From positions 147-64,146 of IMG/VR virus record IMGVR_UViG_3300034128_000023: DNA of 64,000 nucleotides. The stretch is one strand, 5' to 3'. The notes beneath the pieces are model-generated. The model did no database searches and was not told the origin of the DNA. It saw nothing but the letters and a program-made list of their open reading frames with translations. The position numbers were made by a program, and so were the translations under genes. Of this stretch, positions 61,001 to 64,000 are shown piece by piece (position 1 is the stretch's first letter; the number at the start of each line of letters is the position of its first letter). Source of the DNA: a virus (lineage: Duplodnaviria; Caudoviricetes).

Positions 61001-61006
61001 TAATCT
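61001..61006 (+). promoter_or_regulatory. putative late promoter TAATCT
   Basis: GTAATCT upstream of AAAGGA SD and ATG 61052. Confidence 0.6.
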
Positions 61007-61051
61007 TCTAGATGCGCGGATGAACCGCGTCAAAAACAAAGGATAATTCCC

Positions 61052-61675
61052 ATGGTTTCAGTGATTCCCCCAGACAACAAGAGCGTACTTGTGGACGATG
61101 ACCGCCGAGGTGACCGCGGCGACCGGCACGGTGATGATTGGTACCGGCCCGCAGAGCGAATCAAGGACGAGGTCAACTCGTCCATGCTCCAGGTCCTCGA
61201 GCGCATCAGCCAGACCGTTGTGGCTGTCGAGCGCAACGGCCGCAGCGCTGAGCTTGCGACCGAGAAGACCGGCGCCGCCGGCCAGCTGACGACCGAGAAG
61301 GTTGGTGCGGCCGTAGCGACCGCGAATGCGTCCAACTTCGCAAACACCCAGAACCTCATGATTACGGGGTTCAAGGACGGCCGTTATGACTCCGCCACCA
61401 GCACCGCCAGCATTCTGGCCGGTTCTGCCGCTGGTTTCTCGGCCGCAGCGCTTGAGAGCTGTAAGCAGCACGCAGACCTCGCAGCCAAGATGGCGGCCTG
61501 TTGCTGCGAACTGAAGGAAGCCATCCATGGCGAGGGAACGGATACCCGCGACCTGATTAACGCCATCGACGGTCGTCGGGCCGACCGGGACCTCGTTGAC
61601 GCCAAAAATGAGGTGACCATGCTCAAGCTGCAGCTGAGCACCCTCAACGGCATCCCCGTAGCGCGCCAGGGTTGA
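61052..61675 (+). CDS. helical late protein with ACCCELKEAI motif
   Basis: Ala-rich coiled-coil pattern; KMAACCCELKEAI...TRDLI. Confidence 0.75.
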   Translation: MVSVIPPDNKSVLVDDDRRGDRGDRHGDDWYRPAERIKDEVNSSMLQVLERISQTVVAVERNGRSAELATEKTGAAGQLTTEKVGAAVATANASNFANTQNLMITGFKDGRYDSATSTASILAGSAAGFSAAALESCKQHADLAAKMAACCCELKEAIHGEGTDTRDLINAIDGRRADRDLVDAKNEVTMLKLQLSTLNGIPVARQG

Positions 61676-61763
61676 GGGTCGTCGGCGGTCACCGTCGACG
61701 AGTTCGTCGAACCGCCGCCAAAGCCCTTGAGGAACGGTCTAGTGTTCCTTAAGTAAGCCAAAG

Positions 61764-61802
61764 AGTACCCCCACCAGGGCCCATCTGGTGGGGGTGCTTT
61801 TG
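61764..61802 (+). terminator. intrinsic terminator
   Basis: AGTACCCCCACCAG-loop-CTGGTGGGGGTGCT-TTTG. Confidence 0.85.
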
Positions 61803-61844
61803 TTGGGGCTTGACCGGTCAGGTCCTGTCCGGTATAAAAGTCCC

Positions 61845-62210
61845 ATGGCACCAAACCTCGTAGCGAAGACCTTCCGGCCCGGCTTCGACGCGCCGAGCAT
61901 GCGCAGTGAATTCGAGCTGGACACGGAAGAAGACGACGTCGACATCGTGGTGGGCGAGCTGGTGGAGACAGTAGAGGCGACCGTGGAGCGCGACCGACAG
62001 ATTCAGCGCCTGAATGCCGAGGTGGCCGACTGGGAGCCTCCCCCGTTCTGCGCCCCCGACATCCCGGTCTTCACCCACCAGGAGGCTCTAGCTGCCGTCT
62101 TTAAGGCCGAGCAGGAGCTGCTGGCAGCTGTGGAAATCGCCAAGGCCGCTTCCGAGAAGGTCAAGAGGGCCCGTGCGGCTGCGGCTTGCTTCGGCGGGTC
62201 AGTAATCTGA
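61845..62210 (+). CDS. hypothetical protein
   Basis: TTGACC-N17-TATAAA-N6-ATG upstream. Confidence 0.7.
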   Translation: MAPNLVAKTFRPGFDAPSMRSEFELDTEEDDVDIVVGELVETVEATVERDRQIQRLNAEVADWEPPPFCAPDIPVFTHQEALAAVFKAEQELLAAVEIAKAASEKVKRARAAAACFGGSVI

Positions 62211-62236
62211 AAAAACGAGGGGAAAAGGAAAAAACA

Positions 62237-62908
62237 ATGTTTCGTTCGTGTGCTCAGCTGCTCCCCTTGTTCCTCATTGCCTCTTGCGTCCACACCCCCG
62301 CCCCTACGGTGCAGGACAACCTGGCGTCGACTGTCAGGCTGCATATCACCACCACGATTAAATTGGGGGACGAGATAGTCGCCGCCTCAGGTTGGTGCTC
62401 TGGGGTCGTCTTGGGGTCTGCCAGTGGGGGCAGCACGATTCTGAGCGCGGCCCACTGCGTGACAGAAGACCTTCCAGTCGTTCGCGTAGGAGCGGTCATC
62501 ACAGGCGTAGACCTCGCCGTGTTCGACATGTATGGGGAAGAGAAATGTGGAGCAAGCGTGGTGAAGATGGACGCCCAGAAGGACCTGAGTCTGCTTCTCG
62601 CTTCGTGTTCGCTTCCTCCCGCCCAGCTCTCAAAAACCCCCGCCCAGCCGGGTGATAAGGTCATTGCGACGGGGTACCCCCTCGGTTCGCCTTTTGTGAT
62701 TGCAACCGACGGCTACGTCTCCACCCTCATGGATATGCCAGAGGGCGACCGACTCCTGGCCTTCTCTGCACCGATTGCCAGCGGCAACTCTGGGGGCCCG
62801 CTGTGGCTGAACGGACAGGTGGTCGGCATTGTCGTGCAGGGCCACGTGACGTACCACCACATCTCCCTGGCGACGCCCCTCGAGGCCATCCTGGAGTTCC
62901 TTAAGTAA
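62237..62908 (+). CDS. trypsin-like serine protease, predicted lipoprotein
   Basis: SAAHC, DLSLL, GNSGGP; lipobox LIASC; GTAATCT at 62202-62208. Confidence 0.9.
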   Translation: MFRSCAQLLPLFLIASCVHTPAPTVQDNLASTVRLHITTTIKLGDEIVAASGWCSGVVLGSASGGSTILSAAHCVTEDLPVVRVGAVITGVDLAVFDMYGEEKCGASVVKMDAQKDLSLLLASCSLPPAQLSKTPAQPGDKVIATGYPLGSPFVIATDGYVSTLMDMPEGDRLLAFSAPIASGNSGGPLWLNGQVVGIVVQGHVTYHHISLATPLEAILEFLK

Positions 62909-63326
62909 GGAAAATGCCGTAGAACTTCCCGGTGGGGCTCAGCCAGCGCCGGCAGAACTCGGCGCAGCCGTACACCATCAAGCCTACGGTCGGATTGGGG
63001 TCCCACACGACAACTCGGTGCCCCACGCCTGAAACCAGGACGACCCAGTGCTCATCGAGGTCTACGGGCAGTATTACAGGGCGGTTGGTTCGCGTTAAGC
63101 GACGCCAACTGCGTCTCTTGTCGGCAGAAGAAGACTGGGTGTACTTGATTCGGAGCCAATCTAGGGCTCGCATCATTCCCGCGGCCGAGGTCCCCTTTTC
63201 GGGGGACGCGCCCACCCATCGGACCGCACTTGACCACTCTGTGGCACGCCCCCTCAGAGCCAGAGCGTTGACGAGAGATGTGGGACCGCAGTCCCACTCA
63301 TCCTGCTGGTAGATGAGCTTGTGCAC
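62901..63326 (-). CDS. C39-like cysteine peptidase
   Basis: QQDEWDCGPTSL, HWVVL, VWDP. Confidence 0.85.
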   Translation of the reverse strand: MHKLIYQQDEWDCGPTSLVNALALRGRATEWSSAVRWVGASPEKGTSAAGMMRALDWLRIKYTQSSSADKRRSWRRLTRTNRPVILPVDLDEHWVVLVSGVGHRVVVWDPNPTVGLMVYGCAEFCRRWLSPTGKFYGIFLT

Positions 63327-63348
63327 GGCCCCATCTTACCACGGACAG

Positions 63349-63567
63349 CTAGACTCTCGCTAGCCCGTCGGCGGTCACATCGTACGTGGCCGGAGCGGGG
63401 CCCTGAGCGACAGAGACTGCCCACACCCACTTGCTGTCGGTTTGCGAGGCGATGGTGTCGGCGTCAATCTCGGGAAGGTTGTTGAGAGCGGCCACCACAG
63501 AGGCCCTGTCGGGCGCCTCTACGATGATGTCGATGGTCCTCTCGAGCTGCACATGGAATTTCGGCAT
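63349..63567 (-). CDS. small DpnD/PcfM-like protein
   Basis: MPKFHVQLERTIDIIVEA; TTGACT-N18-TATAAC promoter and AAGGAG SD. Confidence 0.6.
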   Translation of the reverse strand: MPKFHVQLERTIDIIVEAPDRASVVAALNNLPEIDADTIASQTDSKWVWAVSVAQGPAPATYDVTADGLARV

Positions 63568-63619
63568 TTGCGTTCTCCTTTATGGAGGTAGTTATACCGA
63601 AGCCCCATGCCACAGTCAA

Positions 63620-64000
63620 CTACCGCTTGCCCTTTTTCTTCCCGCCACCGCCGATTTTGACCTCGAAGCCCTCAACAGGCTTGATGATGGGCACGCCGAC
63701 GTGGTCTGCGATGCCGAACGCGACCGCCTCAGTTGCCGACATGTAGTAGTCGCGGCGCTTCAGCCACAGAGCCCTCAGCTCTTTGATGGTCTTGCCACAG
63801 TCGTGGGCCAGAAGCTTGACGTTGGCCTTGTCCATCCTCGCCACTTCCTTGGCGTCCACCTTGAAATCCTCGATGTGTCCACCGGCACCGCCCGACAAGG
63901 CATGAATCATGACTCGCGCGTGCGGTCCGACACACCTGACGTCGCCGTGGGCGAGCAGCGTGGCGCCCGCGGACATTGCGACCCCCGTACAGGCGGTAAC
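63620..64000 (-). CDS. clpP: ClpP-like protease (5' truncated at window edge)
   Basis: GVAMSAG (Ser), VMIH (His), RDYYMSA.EA..FGIAD (Asp). Confidence 0.88.
   Translation of the reverse strand, partial: VTACTGVAMSAGATLLAHGDVRCVGPHARVMIHALSGGAGGHIEDFKVDAKEVARMDKANVKLLAHDCGKTIKELRALWLKRRDYYMSATEAVAFGIADHVGVPIIKPVEGFEVKIGGGGKKKGKR

Noticed and set aside
1-64000. Stop-codon reassignment
   Set aside because: Recognisable genes (RtcB, sheath, helicase, ligase) are full length in the standard code, and TAA, TGA and TAG all end genes

Overview
This is a 64 kb segment of a GC-rich (about 63% by eye), large tailed-phage genome, most likely a myovirus with a contractile tail. There is no rRNA, CRISPR array, integrase or reverse transcriptase. 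Two interleaved programmes are visible. (1) Mostly minus-strand islands of short early/accessory genes: many KOW/SH3-like proteins, a triplicated family, an SF2 helicase with C-terminal repeats, a GIY-YIG nuclease, a metallophosphoesterase, an AAA ATPase, a HicB-like protein, an Rnl2-type ligase, dNTP pyrophosphatases and several peptidases. They sit behind TTGACN-N17/18-TANNNN promoters that usually lie 6-7 nt from the start codon, implying leaderless mRNAs. (2) Plus-strand virion genes: neck, modular fibre/decoration proteins, putative head polyproteins, tail completion protein, sheath, tube and holin-like proteins. Nearly all of these units start with a (G)TAATCT motif. A plus-strand early block encodes a prohead-protease-like protein, a CYTH protein and RtcB. 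The most interesting signals are: putative capsid-packaged polyproteins punctuated by a [LVIMF]-x-K-[SA]-[ED] motif; their cargo of a catalytically degenerate mCpol-like cyclase domain, a GNAT domain and a HExxH peptidase domain; a decayed tRNA(CAU) read in-frame inside a gene; and a 103-nt G.U-rich structured RNA. All family assignments come from motif recognition by eye; no database searches were run.
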